Shown here: positions 12,560 through 27,110 of the stretch, piece by piece
Numbering within the stretch: position 1 is the first letter of the stretch
How the letters are laid out: each line of letters starts with the position of its first letter
Assembly: GCA_028534125.1 (NCBI GenBank)
Contig: CM052818.1
Coordinates: forward strand, 48,672,001 to 48,732,000
From: Lama glama
Taxonomy: Eukaryota
DNA: 60,000 nt
Direction: 5' to 3'
Made by a program: the position numbers and the translations under genes
The notes under the pieces: generated by a model
What the model was told of the DNA's origin: nothing
Databases searched by the model: none
Seen by the model: the letters and a program-made list of their open reading frames with translations, nothing else

Positions 12560-13170
12560 CTGTTTCTCAGCTGAACAAGCTGGAATTACGAGCTCCCATT
12601 ACCATTTCTTCCCCTTTGGACATGCTCCTCTGTCTTCCACACCAGTCATCCCCCCAACAGGGCTTCTTCCAGGGTCATTGGAGCCCCCACATCACTGGGT
12701 GCCGGGAACACTTTGACATCATCTTCTTACCGGAACCCCTCAGCACGTTTTATCGGCTGGACCATTCTCTCCTTCAAACACTGGTTTCTGTTCCTTTCAT
12801 TTAAAAGTTGAAATCCTCACGGGCACCTTTAATCTTTGAAGTAAACTGTCTCCCTGAGCATTTTCGTCTGTGCACCTCCTATCCTCTGGTGAGCCCCAGT
12901 GAACCCCTCTGCCCTGACTACCCAGCTTCGTCTTCAACATCTCCATCCACGTGCCTCCCAGGGACCTCAGATCTAGCATGTCCAAAATCAGCTCCACTTT
13001 CCCGTGATCCCCAAAGTGCTGCCTCTTTCAGTGCAGTCAACTTAGCCAATGGCACTAAAATGGTTTTAAATTGGGAGATGAAACCGTGAAGGTTAATTCT
13101 GACTTGTCCTCTTCCTCTCCTTCCTCCCTTCAGCCCCACCGACCCCCACATCCTGTCAATTCCATCACCT
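12560..13170. mobile_element. L2 LINE fragments
   Basis: Pyrimidine-rich, degenerate L2 motifs (gaccattctctccttcaaacact, cacctcagatctagcatgtccaaaa, agccaatggcac). Confidence 0.55.
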
Positions 13171-13927
13171 CCGGCAGGACAAGGGTGTGGGGCATCCCAG
13201 GAAGCAGAGAAAAACAACTCCTTTACTTCAACTATCCCCCAGGAACTTTGTCTAAAAGTTAGTTTTGATAATTTCCTAGTCTTTCAAACTGAGAAATTTC
13301 AGTGTCCAAAGAACGTCACCAAAACACCTCCAGGAAGACGCTCATCAGCACAGAATGAGAAAGAAGAGGAAATGCACACGCTCTTTCCTTCTTTCTGTTT
13401 TCTCGTCTCTGACTAACAGGCATTTTGTATTTTGTCCTGGGCCACTGCTTCAGGGGAAGGGAAAAAGGCTCAGAGCTGATTGCTGCTGCTTAGAATTGAG
13501 AAGCCATTTGACGTGTTTACCGCATAGGAGCTTTTATTTCACTGAGAAATTACATTGATAAACACCAGGTCCTCTTATTGTGTAGGTTAAAGAAGCATGT
13601 CTAAACCATGATGCTTCTGAATTAAAAAAAGAGAGCTCCGAAGAGCCCGTGGGCTCTGGTTGGGATGACAGGGTCTGAGACACCAGTGTTTGCTCTGAGG
13701 GGTGGGAAGGGGCCCCCGTGAAACAGAGCGCGGTCTGCGACCAGGGCTTCGGAGCAGGAACCACAAGCAGACAGAAAACCGAGGGTACAGAACCGCATTT
13801 TAACATGTAGACACGCTGCCTGTGATCTTTCATGGAACTGACAACTGCAGCAAATAGCCCAGGCTTCACTCCGTTCTCTTCCTGTCCTTAACTAAGAACA
13901 GACCCAGCATCCTGCGGCCTCGGCGAG

Positions 13928-14036
13928 AGGGGGTCTGGGGGAGGGGTGGAGGCTGGGGTGCGGAGGAGGGGCGGGGCCGGGGACAGGGGGAGGGCAGGGC
14001 CGGGCAGCTGGGAGAGGGGCTCCTAAAGGGCGGGGA
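13928..14036 (+). other. G-rich tract with G-quadruplex potential and GC boxes
   Basis: More than ten G3+ runs with short loops; GGGGCGGGG at about 13967. Confidence 0.65.
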
Positions 14037-17000
14037 CACGGCTGCACCGCAGCTCACAGGCAGCCTCCCCCCACCACCTGACATAGCCAGCTAAAGGACT
14101 TTGGACATGTTGGATTCTTTTGATTTTATTTTAGGAAAAATAACTTCTTTTTTTTAGTCACTGAATTAGTCCAGTTAATGAACAGTATTTTCCTTTTCTT
14201 CAAAATAGAAAGACTTAAACATGACCTATCACCCAACTCTCTGGGCTCAATTTAAACCAACGTGACAAGCCTGGTGGGTTTTTACAAGCTGCCCTTTCCT
14301 GTCTCCCCGTGATCCAGGTTAAGAACGTGCCACATTGGGAATACTGACAGTTTTGTAAGAGTGACGTGGAAGACCCACGCAAGGAAGACCTCAGATATGT
14401 GCTGTAGCCCATGTGCCGTGCCAGGTAATTTAATACGTGAATAATGCTGTAGCGAGATGCCATCTGTCACCTTCATATTCGAGTACAGTACACTGAGGCC
14501 CAGGGAGGTAGGGTGGTGTGACCGTCGCGTGGTCCCCTGAAGCCCAGCTCTGCAGAGCTCACTGTGATGTTCACAAGAGCAACGCCACGCTGCTGGGATC
14601 TGTGCAGCCAGTGCCCGGAGGTCGGCTGGAAGGACGTAAGTCAGTCAGCACCATCCCTATTTTACAAAGATGACCAAGTTGCTGGTAGCCGTGTCAGATC
14701 CATCTACCTGATACCTCACGTTGCTGCCACCATCGTGAAGATGACTTGACCCCGGCCCTGGATCTCAGCAGGAGTGTAAGTTCTGTAAGGAAAACACGTC
14801 ACACAGTGCGGCACGCAGAGCATCCACTTAATCCAGAATCTGCCATGGGAAATCTCTGCAAGTGTTACCCCCTATAGGATGCGTGTGGTGACTAGGATTG
14901 ACGCTCGAGAGGGCTGGGATGCAAGGTAAGGTTCTATCTGAAGACCTTCCACTCAGGACTCTGCAGAACCAGGGCTTGGCGCTCTCACCTCCTCCCTTTC
15001 CGTCCATCCCCACACCCCTCCACCCTCGGGGGCTGCACCTCCTTCGCCCAGACTCCCCGCCGTCCCCACCCCACCCTCAGAGTCCAGAGCATGGGTGCAG
15101 CCAGCCTCTCCCTTGCACCTGCACAAAGGAAAGGGCATCTTCTTGGTCAAGGACTCTTCATAGACGAGAGTGTTTTTGCTTTCATTTTTTCAACCTGGTG
15201 GGAAAGAAAGAATGTCACAAAGCCAACAGCAGGTATCAGATCACAGCAATAACCAAAGGCAGCCGGTCTCAGTCTTGGCTAATGTGAAGAGGCAGCGGTC
15301 TCCAGTGACTAGTGACAAAGAGGCACCGGGGTTACGGTCAGAGGGACAGAGAAGTGCCGGAAGCCAGGAAAGGCAGCGAGCGTCCAGGGACGGCGCTGAC
15401 CCAGCGCAGCTCTGGAAGGTCCTGTGAGGGTCGGCTGTGCTATCCTGCATTCTGAAATTGGAGAGTCTCTGACGTTTTTGTCCTGGAAATGTCAAATTGC
15501 AACCATTCATCTTTAAGAGCAAGGAGCCCCAAGTTCCCAAACCAGGTGATGCTGGATTTCCGTCCTGAACACAGAAAACCCATGTGAGCTCCCAGGAGCT
15601 CTTGCCTTGAAGTATTTATTTTGGGGGAAATGACAGCATTTTTCTACTTATATCCAGGAATGTCGTGGCTCCTCCAAGTTCCTAAAACTTGCCTCCTTCC
15701 GTCCACTCTCACTTTCCTTCTTGCTGGCCACCCTGCCTCCTCCTCCTCCCCTCCTTCCTTCCATCCTTTCTCTTCCTCCTTCTTTTGCTAAGCTCAGTCT
15801 GATAATCTGAGAAGCTCTTCCTTCTGGTTTTAAGGGGAAGGTTTTCCACCTGGCCAGAGCCAAAATGTGAAGCCATTGGTTTCTCTTGCGTCGGGGGTCA
15901 AGCAAGCACTGGCCTCCACATCCTCTCCCGAACGGAAGACAGCCGTTCGGTGCGCTGATGGCCTTCAGCACTGGAAGATGAAGTGCGGCTATAAATTTGA
16001 GAGCATATGCATATCCAACCAGTCCGCTAAGCAGGGCTAAGTTAATTCTGTGTTTTACACCAACCTTGTATGGTTTTCTTATAAATAAGATTTCAGTTGA
16101 GAAACCTAAGGGAAAAGTATGGTCTGGCTCCTCATTTCAAAGTGGAGGATGAAATATTTGCATGATCTTTGCTCCTGATTAAACCAGTACTTGCAGCCTT
16201 TGTCTCCCACTGAGCAGCTCTGCGTCCCTGACAGGCTGACCCACCTCTCTGGGCGTGGGTTTCTCTCCTGTAAGCTGAGAGGGTCTGGGGAGAGTCTGGA
16301 GTCCCTCCCTGCTTGTCTCTGATTCTTTCACTAAAACAACCATAGCCCCACTGGTTTCTTTCAGGTCCTTAAAAATTTTTTGAATTTTAAAACCTTGCAA
16401 ATGCTACTTTCTGTAAGTGCCGTCAGGACCATGTGGAATAGAGCCAGCCTGAGCGGACGCAGGGTGCAGACGACTCCCTGGGTCACTTCTGTCCTGCAGG
16501 ACTGCCTTTCCTCCTAACCCTGTGACTCTGCTCCCCCGCTGCCACCTGAGCTGCGGGCACCTTCATCCCAAGATCATCAGCCTTGCTCAGCACCCTTCCT
16601 CCCCAGCACACTTCCATCCTCTTCATCCTCTTTCTTCTGTCTCCAAAGTTCAGACAAACCAGTGCCGTCTTTCCCTGTCTTGGGACCTATGGAGTCAGGG
16701 GATGTTAGGGCAGAGGGGGACGTGAAGTCATTTAATCCCAGACCTTGTCGTACGGCTGGGGACACCAAGCTTACAGAGGGGGAAGTGGCTTGACCACAGG
16801 ACCGTGCTGGCAGAGCCAAGGCAGAGCCCGAGTATCTGACTCTCCCCACTTTCCCTAACAAAAGGGTGGCAGTTGCCAAAACAGAGTGTGCACTTCTCTG
16901 CAGCCTTAAATCCCAGGAACCGAGAACGTTTAGCGATTGCAATCAACTGAATTATCAATGAGCGCTAATAACCCTTCGCTGCTCCTTCACAAGGAGCCTA

Positions 17001-18994
17001 TCTGGGTGGAAGAAACATGTAAAAGTCAAGCTCATCAAGGGGATGCCTCCACAAAGTGTGCTGGTGCTGGGGGGGGGGGGTTCCGCCACCAAGCAGGACG
17101 ACGGGGGTCACGTGGTGCGTGGAGGTGGAGAGGAGATGTTCCCAAGTACCATTCGGATGGAGCCACTTGTGCCACTAGTGCGAAGGTCAGCCCCGTGGCC
17201 AAGGTCATGACTTCTGAGTATTTCCTTTGCTTTCTGGGCAAACCTGTCTAATCCTATCACCCTTATTTCATCTGAGCAACTGCCCCGTGATGGTTACTGT
17301 GTTATTAATACTGTTCCTTGTGTAGGGTCATAGAAACAGGATTTGCATTGTCTCTTCATCTGTTTGTTACCAGATTTTTAAGTGATATTTAACAGAGCAC
17401 AAATGCTCTGTTTGAGGAAACTGGAGCTTTACTGGAAGATTTTCCCGTGCAGAACACTGGCTGGAATCGATGGATCTGCATTATTTGTAATCTCTAGGGC
17501 TTTTCCTCCTGGCCTCACTTAACCGTCCCTTACATCAGGGATGTATCAGCAAGCCTGCGCTTGCTGCTTGGCATGACCTCAGCTGGACTACCAAGGGAAA
17601 ACTCTGGGAAGCACCCGTCGGCCAGAAATTAAAGGCTTGTCCGTCTGTGTCAGTTTTGGCCACTAGGTTTTCCCAAGCCCAGTGGAATGATCTGAGATCC
17701 TAAAGACAGGAACACTTCCTTCTCCCTTCTTGGGCAGGAAGGAAACAGACCTTGGGAAGTTCCTAACAGACAATGGATTCTGGATTCTAGGTGTCCAGAG
17801 TGCGAGCCACTGGCGGGCCACCTTCTAGACTCATCACATGCGTCATCTGTGACTCTAAGTCACCATGCAAGAAGGTCATTAGACCCATCAGAGGCCAGCG
17901 GGCCGAGTCACTGACATGGAGCATGCCTGGCCCAAGATCAGAACATAGGCAAGTAGAAAATCGGGGGCTAAACTCAAGTTTCTCAAGTTTTTCTTTCCAT
18001 TTTTTTTTTCATACTGACTCTGGGCAGGAACATAAGAAGACAGGTTAATCCAAACCTCCTGTTTCAGGAGCCCTATCCACGCTGGAACATTCCATGTGAG
18101 GACCCTGTGTCTCGACTCTGATGGATGACAGTTGGGGTCAGGGACAGGGACGGCATCTCTGAGTTAGTGGCAGTACAGTAGCAGGGTTGGGGAGGTGCCA
18201 GGGTTTGTGGCTGACTTCTTGGTCTGAAATTACTACCACGGTCACCATGAGGGACCCTGGCTAACGGTCAGTCAATAAAGCCATGCATGGACCTTCAGTT
18301 AGTTACTGGAGTGCGGAGGGATGTTTAGAAACTGGAGAAGAGCAGATGTTTCTTATAGCGCGAATTGCATCCATGTGAGAAGTTTACAAGGAGTTCAGTG
18401 AAGTGCAGGATAAACTTGTGAAATATTTCCAGGCGTTTACTGGGGATTTATGACGTGCCTACTAAGTGCCAAGCGTGGCGGCAGATGTAAAGCGTAAGAG
18501 ACATGGAGAAGACAAAGGTGTGATCCAGAGAGGCGTTACTGCGGGGGACGTCAGTGGGGTGTGTGCGGACACGGGGCGGTGGAGCACAGGCAAAGTGCTT
18601 TCCCGGCAGAGGGGAGGGCGCTGGCACAGGCGCAGGGCGGCTTGATGAGATGCGGGAAAGCTTGAATGCTTCGCACGTGGAGGGGCACACATGTCGGGAA
18701 GTGATGGAAACCACAGGCAGCCCGGGAGCAAGCTACAGTGCACACATGCTTGTCAGCCCGCCTCTGGCATCCCATCGGCTGAACTCCCATTGGTTGAAGC
18801 AAATCACGTGCTAAGCTCAGATTTAAGGGCTAGGAAACCAGGCATCACCTCGCCGGGGAGTCCCTGCAGAGTCACACTGCGAAGGGCCTTCAGCAGAGGA
18901 AGGCAGGGGTCCAGGACCAGTCTTTGCGGTCAGCCTTAGGCGATGAGCTCCCGCCCTGCCCGCCTGAGCGCCCTGCAGTGATGGGCGTGTTCTG

Positions 18995-19153
18995 TCCTGA
19001 ACTGTCCAGGGCAGCAGCCCTAGCCACGTGAAGCCGCCGAGCACTTGAAAAATGGCCTCAGTAACTAGGGATCTGAATATTAACTGGACTCAGTTATAAT
19101 GAATTACATTCAAATAGCCACACTGGCCAATGGTTACTGTATTAGAGAGTACA
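18995..19153. mobile_element. MER3-like hAT-Charlie non-autonomous DNA transposon
   Basis: ctgtcca...tagccacgtg...gagcacttgaaaatgg...aaatagccacactggccaatggttactgtatt, with semi-palindromic ends. Confidence 0.7.
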
Positions 19154-19519
19154 CAACACATTTCCAATGCTTTTGACGGAGTCCAGTTTACAAAACCTCT
19201 ATTTTCGTTTCCCCTGGTGTTAATCTGAGCACGGACGCAGTTTGCTTAAGCATCACCAGCAAAAGACAGCCCCTTTCGACGACGTGCCAGGCCCTTCTGA
19301 CGTTCTCTGTCCTCGAGAATGGTTGTACCTCCTTGAAGCTTCTGGCAAGGGCAGTCGTCTCACGCCGAGTCTCCTTATATCTCAAGGTGAACCCTGAGCT
19401 GGTGTCCAGGAGACAGATGGCCAGCTTCAAGGGCCAAACGCATCTCTCCGAGGGCTGCCTTGGGGCTTAATACAAAGCCTCGGGGTTCTCCCCCGGGGGC
19501 AGCCCAGAAACGTGGAGGG

Positions 19520-19805
19520 CAAGGGTGCCACCACCTCCAGGGGCAGCGTTCCGCTGCTGGAGCCTCGAATCAGCAGATAGATGCGGTAGCCTCCCCACTA
19601 TGGGGGCAAGTCTGAGACGCCTTCTCTCTGGCTCCTCAGAGCATTCTCAGTCTGTCCTCAGTTCCAGGCTGCCTCCATCACTGCCTGTCTCCCTTTCCCC
19701 GTTTTCCTCTGACTTCCCGTCACTTTGACTTCCTGGGATTGACTCCCAGGTAAGCGCCCTGCAGCCGAGGTTTTGTGTAACGCGCTACTTTCGGGAACCC
19801 CAGAG
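19520..19805 (+). mobile_element. ERVL LTR remnant (LTR16/LTR33-like)
   Basis: Degenerate 3' motif cttcctgggattgactcccaggtaa...tttcgggaaccc. Confidence 0.4.
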
Positions 19806-22800
19806 CTGTTTCCGCACAGAGAGATGGTGGCCTCCAGAAAAGTTCAGATTTGGGCAGAAGATCGTGAGTTCAATTTGGGGCATATGAAGTCCAAACAGTT
19901 AGACACTCAAGAACTATTTACTAAAAAACCGGACGAGTGAAGTCAGCCCATGTCCTTGCTTCTTATCATCTCCCATGTGAAGAGGAAGACGCGATACTTA
20001 CCAGCCAGGTAACCAGAATTGAGTGAAATCTATCACATTCAAATTCGAAACGCTCTGTGCTTCTGTGAAGGTCAAGTAATGTAACGCACCTTACAGATAA
20101 CCAGGTAAATGATTTGTCCAAAGCGGCCCTTGGACGTGGTCACGCTTTCTGCTGCTCGTGCAGCGGATGGTGCTGCTTCTCCTGCAGAGCAAACGTTCGT
20201 TCCTCGTCCTCTAAATTGCATCCAATGCGGCTGGGTGTATAATGGAGCAAGAAGGGAACGTTCCAGGTGTGCAGATTATCAGGTTATCAACTAAGAAATC
20301 ACGTTCCGTGCCTAGACTAATAATATTTTCAGACGTTCTCTTATTTAACCTTCCAAAGACTGTGCGACCTACGTGTCTCATTCTCCGCATGCTGTTCGTC
20401 AAAAATTGAGAACTAGAGAAGTGCATTCCATTGTCCAACATCAAATATTAAGAGGTGGCAAAGACAGGACTTGGGCCCAAGTCCTATGAACTTAAATTCC
20501 ACCTTCCACAAATTATACCTGACTTTCTAGAACCTCTGACCTAACATTTGCATGCATGTTTCAGCTCAAAGGACTCTCTAAAATCTGAGAACTTTCTATC
20601 ACATACATTTAGTCTGCTTTGGCATTCTCCTTTCAAGAGCATCAAAATGAAACTCTGGCCTAACCCCCAAATAACCCCCCTTGGCTGTTTATTAATGCCA
20701 GAAATCTTAGAATTGCAGTTTTAAACTTCAGCTTAAGCCATTCAAGATATTTTTTTCCTTTTAGGTCATAACAGAAATTCTCCTAGGGCGCTTCCAAATC
20801 AGGCCAGATAACGCACTTTTATCTTAATGTGGTAGCTTACCACGTAAAACTCACACATCATCAACAGCTCTTTCTTACTTTGAGCTGTATTTTGTGGTTC
20901 TCCCAGCCCTCGTGTCTGCACTGCTGCTTCCTTCCAGATGCAGATCAGACTTGGAAAGAGCCCCACAGTGGGGTGGATCGCAGTCCCTGAGCGCTCACTG
21001 TGCACCGAAGACTGTGGCCCAGGCTTCACTTTTTGTCCCATTTAATTTTGCCAGTGCCCCTCTCCGCCCCGCCACGTGTCTTGTTAGTGCTGTTTTTACA
21101 GACGGGGCACCAGACTCAGAGACTGGTGACACGTTTGCCACTGCACGGCCACTCAGGACGTAAACCCAAGTCCTCTTGTTTTCTGTGCAGGAGACCTGCT
21201 TTACAAAAGCCCCAGTTGGGAGAGTCCCAGAAGGGCTGGAACCACGGTGCTGTGAGTCCAGGTCCATCGGGCTGGCCCTATGAAATCGCTGAGACTCCAC
21301 CTTGTTTGACACGAGCACGTTTCACACGGCCCCACCGAAGTCCTCGCACTGCAGGGACCACGTTCCCGTCTCCGGGTTCCTCGGGTCTGGATGGTGCTCA
21401 CGCTGCCCACCTGCCCGGGGCTCTGTCTGCATCTCAGCTCCCGACTGGAGAGGCCAGCTGGACGCTGTGGATGAAAGAGCTGGTTATCTCCCTGACGCTC
21501 TCACAAGGAGCTGCTGCTCCTCTTCCGTGTCTTACGTGCAGGTGCCTGGCTTTGCCACCACATTCTAGGTGCTCAAGCCCCGTGATTCTACTCGGACCTC
21601 CTTCCTGTATTCTGCCAATCCTGCTCTTCCCACTCGGGATGATGGACACAGCGCCCAGCCTCCACCTCCCTCGGCAGCGCGCCGTAGAAGGGGCTTCGGA
21701 ATCACACAGACTTGGCTGTGCTCAGGTAGACTCCCCGAGGAGCAGCCCCTGAAACAAAGATTTGAGTGTAAAGTTCATTTGGGGAATTATTCTACAAATG
21801 AGACAGAGATGGGAGGAGAGAACTAGAAAAGTGCATTCTTTTCTGTTTGTCATCAAACAAGTATGACTAGTGTTAACTCGGTCCTTCTGGAGAAGTCTGC
21901 AAGCTGATGTGGACCACATGCCCTGGGGTTCACAGAGCAGGGGGCGCGGGCGCTGGGAGGTGCAGTCAGTTGCCAGGCGATGTCCGTCCCCGGGCACGGC
22001 GCCCCGCCTGTGGGAAGACACGGTGGGCTTTGGTGGCCAGGAAAAAGCCACAGGCCAAAAACCTCAGGTCCCAGCAGCTAGAACTTGGCCAAACTTGCAC
22101 TGGACTAACCAGGGGTGGGGGACACAGAAGGGGTGCTAACACTGGTTTGAGTTTAAACTTCAGCTTTACGTGGCCTTGGGCAACTTTTTAACAACTCAGA
22201 CCTTCAGCGTGTTAGGACAGCTGTGACATAGTGATACTTCACTAATGGGAGTGAGGAGTGAAACCGTGGCCGCTGGTCTACGTGAACTAGAGATGCATAA
22301 AGCCACATGTTTTATCGGAAACACATTTTATCCCATTGGGGCCAAGCCTTTTCCCTATGTCTGAATTTTATTCCGGAAGTCTGTGAGGGGCAATCCTAGG
22401 TTCTTCCTTAACGGTGAAGTCGTTAGCACTTTCCGCTTAGAGAGTGCTTCCTGGCTCCGGATCAGCAACGAAGCCATGAGGTATCTTGTTTTTGTTTGTT
22501 TGCCTTCTGTTTGGGTGTTTACCTTTCTTCCTGGCGTAAACCATGGCTTGCCTTCAACAACTGGGTCTTTGTAAAGCCCGTGTGTCTGGATCTTGTTTGG
22601 GGCTAATAATTTTTCAGGACTGTTTGCTGCTGTCTCAGAAGTGACCTGAGATATAGACAGCAGGACCACAAAGATAAAAAGGTCTTGATGGATTTAATTT
22701 AGGAAGAGACTGGGCTTGAATTCAGCCAATATGGAGCCCTTGATCTCCGTATGGGGAATGGGAGTGACCTGGGGCCCTGGGGCAGGGATGGGTGACCTCC

Positions 22801-23059
22801 GTGAAGACGCGGTCAGATGGCCATCCTCTCCCCAGACAGACTCCCAGGGGCAGGTGCTCTCCTGGCTTCCTGCCTCTCTCCAGCAGCGACCAGCCACCGT
22901 CCAGATTCATCTTGGTAGTGGAGGAATTGAGCAAACGTCAGGGGCCTGGCCTACACCCATCAGAAGCAGTGGGTTGCAGTTGAGAGGGATTTAGACCGGG
23001 AGTTTGTTTGGTTTGATCTGGGCAGATTTAGCATTTTGCAACTTCCAAGCAATTTGATC

Positions 23060-23265
23060 TTTGGATCTGGTCCAGACTTTGAAGCGAGACAGACCTTTTG
23101 CTCAAATCCCAGCTCTGCCTCTCACAAGTTGAGCAAGATAACGAATCTCCCTGTCTCCATTTTTATATAAAAGGAGAGCAAAAAATATCTACTTTACAGG
23201 ATTACTGTGAGGCTTAGAAATAAGCCTTGTAAAATTCTTGGCATGGAATCTGTGCTCAATAAGTA
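23060..23265 (+). mobile_element. MIR SINE
   Basis: caaatcccagctctgcc...gagcaagata...ctactttacaggattactgtgagg...tgctcaataa. Confidence 0.65.
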
Positions 23266-25149
23266 ACAGACGTCTCTGTGCCTTTCAGACATTTTTGGTT
23301 GGATGGCCCATTATCGCTTTAAACACAACAAGTCAAAATCAAATTTGTGTACTTCTTTCCTAAACAGATTTCTCGTCTGATTTTCCTTTTCCTGATACTT
23401 TCCCTACAGTGTTTCCATCTTCCGTCCTGCGTAAACTTGGCTCTTACTGTCCCTTCTTGCAGCCCCGTCCATTTAGTAAGTTGCAAAGCTACACATCAAC
23501 AAACCGAAATGATGGAGGTTCACTAGGGCTCTTCCCATCCCGCCTCACGGCCACGCCGCTGCCTCCGTAACTAGCTAGGACATCACATCCGTCACATCCC
23601 TGCGTGGAGCGGCCCTCCATCGCTTCACCTGACGTTCGGCGTTATCTTCAGGACCAGCGGTTCTCGTGTTTGCCAGGCGCCATGCAGTGAGTGTGGATTT
23701 TACAGAAGCAAATGCCGTGATGGAGACTAGAATTGAGTTCACAACTCTTTACTGAGAAGCCAAAGCAGGATGGGGTAAGTCTACCAGGTGATGAGTGTAA
23801 GAGGGAAGAAACGAGGGTGAGAGAGGAGTCCCGAGGTCTCCTGAGGAGACAGGGTCTGGGACGGGCAGGAAATGTGCATGAGAAGCTGTGTTTCTCCTGC
23901 CCAGAATTCATGCCTCTTTTCCCCTCTGGCCACAAGACCCTGGATTTCCCTTGGGGACCATGACTGCGTCACAGATGGCAGCTCAGACAGGTCTGCAGAG
24001 GGAGCCCCGGACCCGACCAACCAGCGTGGAAATTCCCTCCGGGTGACAGTGATTACTCAGTTCTGAACATGTGCTCCAAGACTCGTGGGGTGGTCTGCTG
24101 GAAAGATGTTGCGCTTCCACTCATCCTCAACCTCAGATCATCTTGCCATCTTGCCTCTGCGCAGAAACTGAAAGTGAAGCCAGCGCAGAGGGAAGCGGGG
24201 CTGAGAGATGAAGATGCGCTGGGCCGATGACACCGCCAAGCCTCCGGATCAGGGCTACCTCAGGACACAGCCCTGTTTTACCTAAGCCAGTAATTCCAGC
24301 TTTCTGTCCCAACCTCTCAAATTCCCATACTGACACGCCAAAAAGCCGTGGAAGTTCTGATGCTGGCTCTAGTGCGTGAGGCGCTGTATCTCACCCCTGC
24401 GCGCTTGTGAAGAACCCCCGCGCTCTCTGTGGGTGCTTTATGCAGGTGCACGAGTTCACTGTGCCATATCTGCACGAGAGCATCTCTCCTCTTGCCGCCA
24501 TGGCCACCGTCCTTGGTCAGAGAGGGTCACTCATTGAACCAGGAACAAATAGACCGTGTCCAACTGTGGTTGTAGCCTTTACTCATTTCTGTTGTCTCCA
24601 TCAGAACCTCCTCTTGCTTTCCCCTCCAAAACCAACCAACCCTTCAGAGCTCAGGTTAACTGCATCTTTTTTTATAAGTTTGATGGAGTGGCATCTCTTG
24701 ATAGTATATGAAATCTGTAGTTTCCCTGATCACCTCCTCTGAATTACCAAAATGTTTGTTCTTCCTTCATGTCTCCAAGACCACACTTCTACCTGGGGTC
24801 CAGGTGCTGTTATTCCACCACCTCTCCTGTAAGCATCTGCTGTCCCCAGTCAGATGACAAGCTCCTTCAGAGCACAGCCCGTCTGGCATCGTTCAGGTGG
24901 GTGAGGGTAAGTGCCCATCAGAGAGGCTCAGTGCTTTCCTAGAGCAGCTAGAAGAGAGTGTCTGTTCAAAGGTGCACCTTGTTCCAATATTAAAGGATGA
25001 TCCAATCATTTATAATTTTGTAAACCATAATCATACACTCTGCTTTCCTTTTAAGCAGTGTGTTTTGAAACACTCATGTTCTATCAGCTGTGTCTAGAGC
25101 TGTACTGATGGCAATTATTTTTTCTCAGCCGTCTTTCTCTCCCTCTCCC

Positions 25150-25241
25150 CACACACCACACACACCCCCCCCACACACACCCCCCACACACATACCCACA
25201 CACACAACACACACAACACACACACACACAACACACACACA
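25150..25241. repeat. Imperfect (CA)n / C-rich microsatellite
   Basis: Direct observation. Confidence 0.85.
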
Positions 25242-26072
25242 TGGAGTTGATTATTTGATGGAGAGCTTTTCCTCTATTTCAGAGTTTATGCCAATCATTT
25301 TTTGAAGGCTTAACTGCTAATAAGTCCAGTCTAAAACCAAATTTTGAGGAGCCAAAAAATATTCATCAGAACACTCAAGACCAGATGATTATACTTGGTT
25401 TCCCTGGGTTTGGGGATGCACGTTCCCATGGATGAAATACCGTGTCACATGCACACAAGACAGGCATCCCTTTGGTCATGACGTTGCTTCCCCTTGTGCA
25501 ACAGGATGGAGTCTGAATGGACACCATGATGTACTAAGAGGGGTGCTGTGACTTTCAGGGGCTCCGGTAACCGAGGGAGCCTGAGCACCCTTGCTCCAGA
25601 CTGAGCAAGCTTGATCTTCACGGTGGAGGCACAGGGAGGCTGTGATGAGCTTGAGCAATGACCCACGGCCAAAAGGAGTTTTCATGTGAAATGTGAATAG
25701 TGAAGAGGCAGCTATCCGTGACTGTGTGACTCAAGCCCATTTCCTTATGGACTGATCCGTTGCGCAGCGTCTCTGTTCTTAGAGTGTTTTCCATCTCTGC
25801 ACAGACTTACTCAAGAAAGAGTATAGTGATTATAAGCCCAAACCTTGATGGTTTGAGGCTGAGTTAGAAGCATATTGTAGCCATTATTTCCTGAGAAACA
25901 CTTCTCTCGGGCTATGAGAGTAATCCTGGCAGGAAAACGTCTCCTCCGAGCTCTTCTCCATCACCTGCTTGGTTTTGACAAGTATCTGTATTAATGAACT
26001 TATATGTCCTGACTTTCCCTCAGGTTTTCAAAGAGTAGAGAAAGGATCACTTCTTCATTTCTTCAGACTGTG

Positions 26073-26421
26073 TGTTATAGACTGAATATTTGTGTCCCTT
26101 CAAAAATCACGTGTTAAAACCTAACCACCAAAGTGATGTGCCAGGAGGTGGGGTCTTTGGAAGGTGAGGAGGCCACGAGGGGGGAGTGGGATCAGTGCCC
26201 TCGAGAGGGAGGCTCCAGAATGTGCTCCCGAGTCCTCTCTCTGCTGTGTGTGCGTCCCCGTGGGAAGACAGCTGTCTGTGAACCAGGAAGGGGACCCTCA
26301 CCACTGTCAGCGCCCTGAGCTGCTACTTCCCAGCCTCCAGAATGGTGAGAAATAAGTGTGTGTTGTTTGAGCTGCCTAAGCGGTGGCATTTTTGTTACAG
26401 CATCCTGCCTGGACTGAGACG
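26073..26421 (+). mobile_element. MaLR LTR (MLT1A-like)
   Basis: tgttatagactgaatatttgtgtccc...cttcccagcctccagaatggtgagaaataa...tttgttacagca. Confidence 0.85.
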
Positions 26422-27007
26422 CACATTTATACTCTTGGGTGTGATGGAATCAAACGTGACCAGACAGTCTTGCAGAGCACGGAACCCCTCCTGGGCCCGA
26501 CCGTGGCTGTGTATGAGCTGAGTTGGACTCCTTGGGTTTCCCTAAGGAGAAGACAACATGCAGATCCTAGAAGGACCCAGCAGCTCTCCGGGGCGGGTGT
26601 GCACAGGACATCTCAGCAGGTTTCCTGGATCAGGACTGAGGCAGAGTGATTACTGTCAAGGATTTATCTTTCCCTCACGGCGTTATCATCCTGAGTCCCA
26701 GTGCATCTGTGTGTGCAAACAAACAAAATGTGGGAAACTTGGAGCCGGGTCTTGAGTGAACACATCCTGTTTTTTTTCTTACAATGGGGAAACACCCCGA
26801 ACATGAAAATTTGTCGTCATGCTGTTCCAATAACAATGATTCAGTCTCAGGGTTTTAAAGGCAGAAGCTAATCACCCAGGAGTGTGAAAGAAACTTCTTT
26901 CCTACAGCAACCCAAACACAGAGGGTCACCAACAAAGAAAAGAGTCCTTCTTCGTCACTAATTGCTCATTCATTCATTCAACAAACATTTCTCAAGCACT
27001 CATTAAG

Positions 27008-27110
27008 TTTTTTTTAATTGAAGTACAGTCAGTTACAACGTGTCAGTTGCTGGTGTCCAGCACAGTGTCCCCGTCATGCGTATATGTATATATGTTTATT
27101 TTCACTACTT
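27008..27110 (-). mobile_element. Short 5'-truncated L1 3' end
   Basis: Poly-T followed by aattgaagtacagtcagttacaacgtgtcag, the reverse complement of the L1 tail seen at 5460-5495. Confidence 0.75.

Noticed and set aside
20002..20062. Minus-strand exon-like segment with a good acceptor and donor
   Set aside because: Isolated, translations unrecognised, and no partner exons can be linked with confidence
21000..21752. 250-aa ORF
   Set aside because: Non-ATG start, low-complexity composition, no recognisable homology or exon structure
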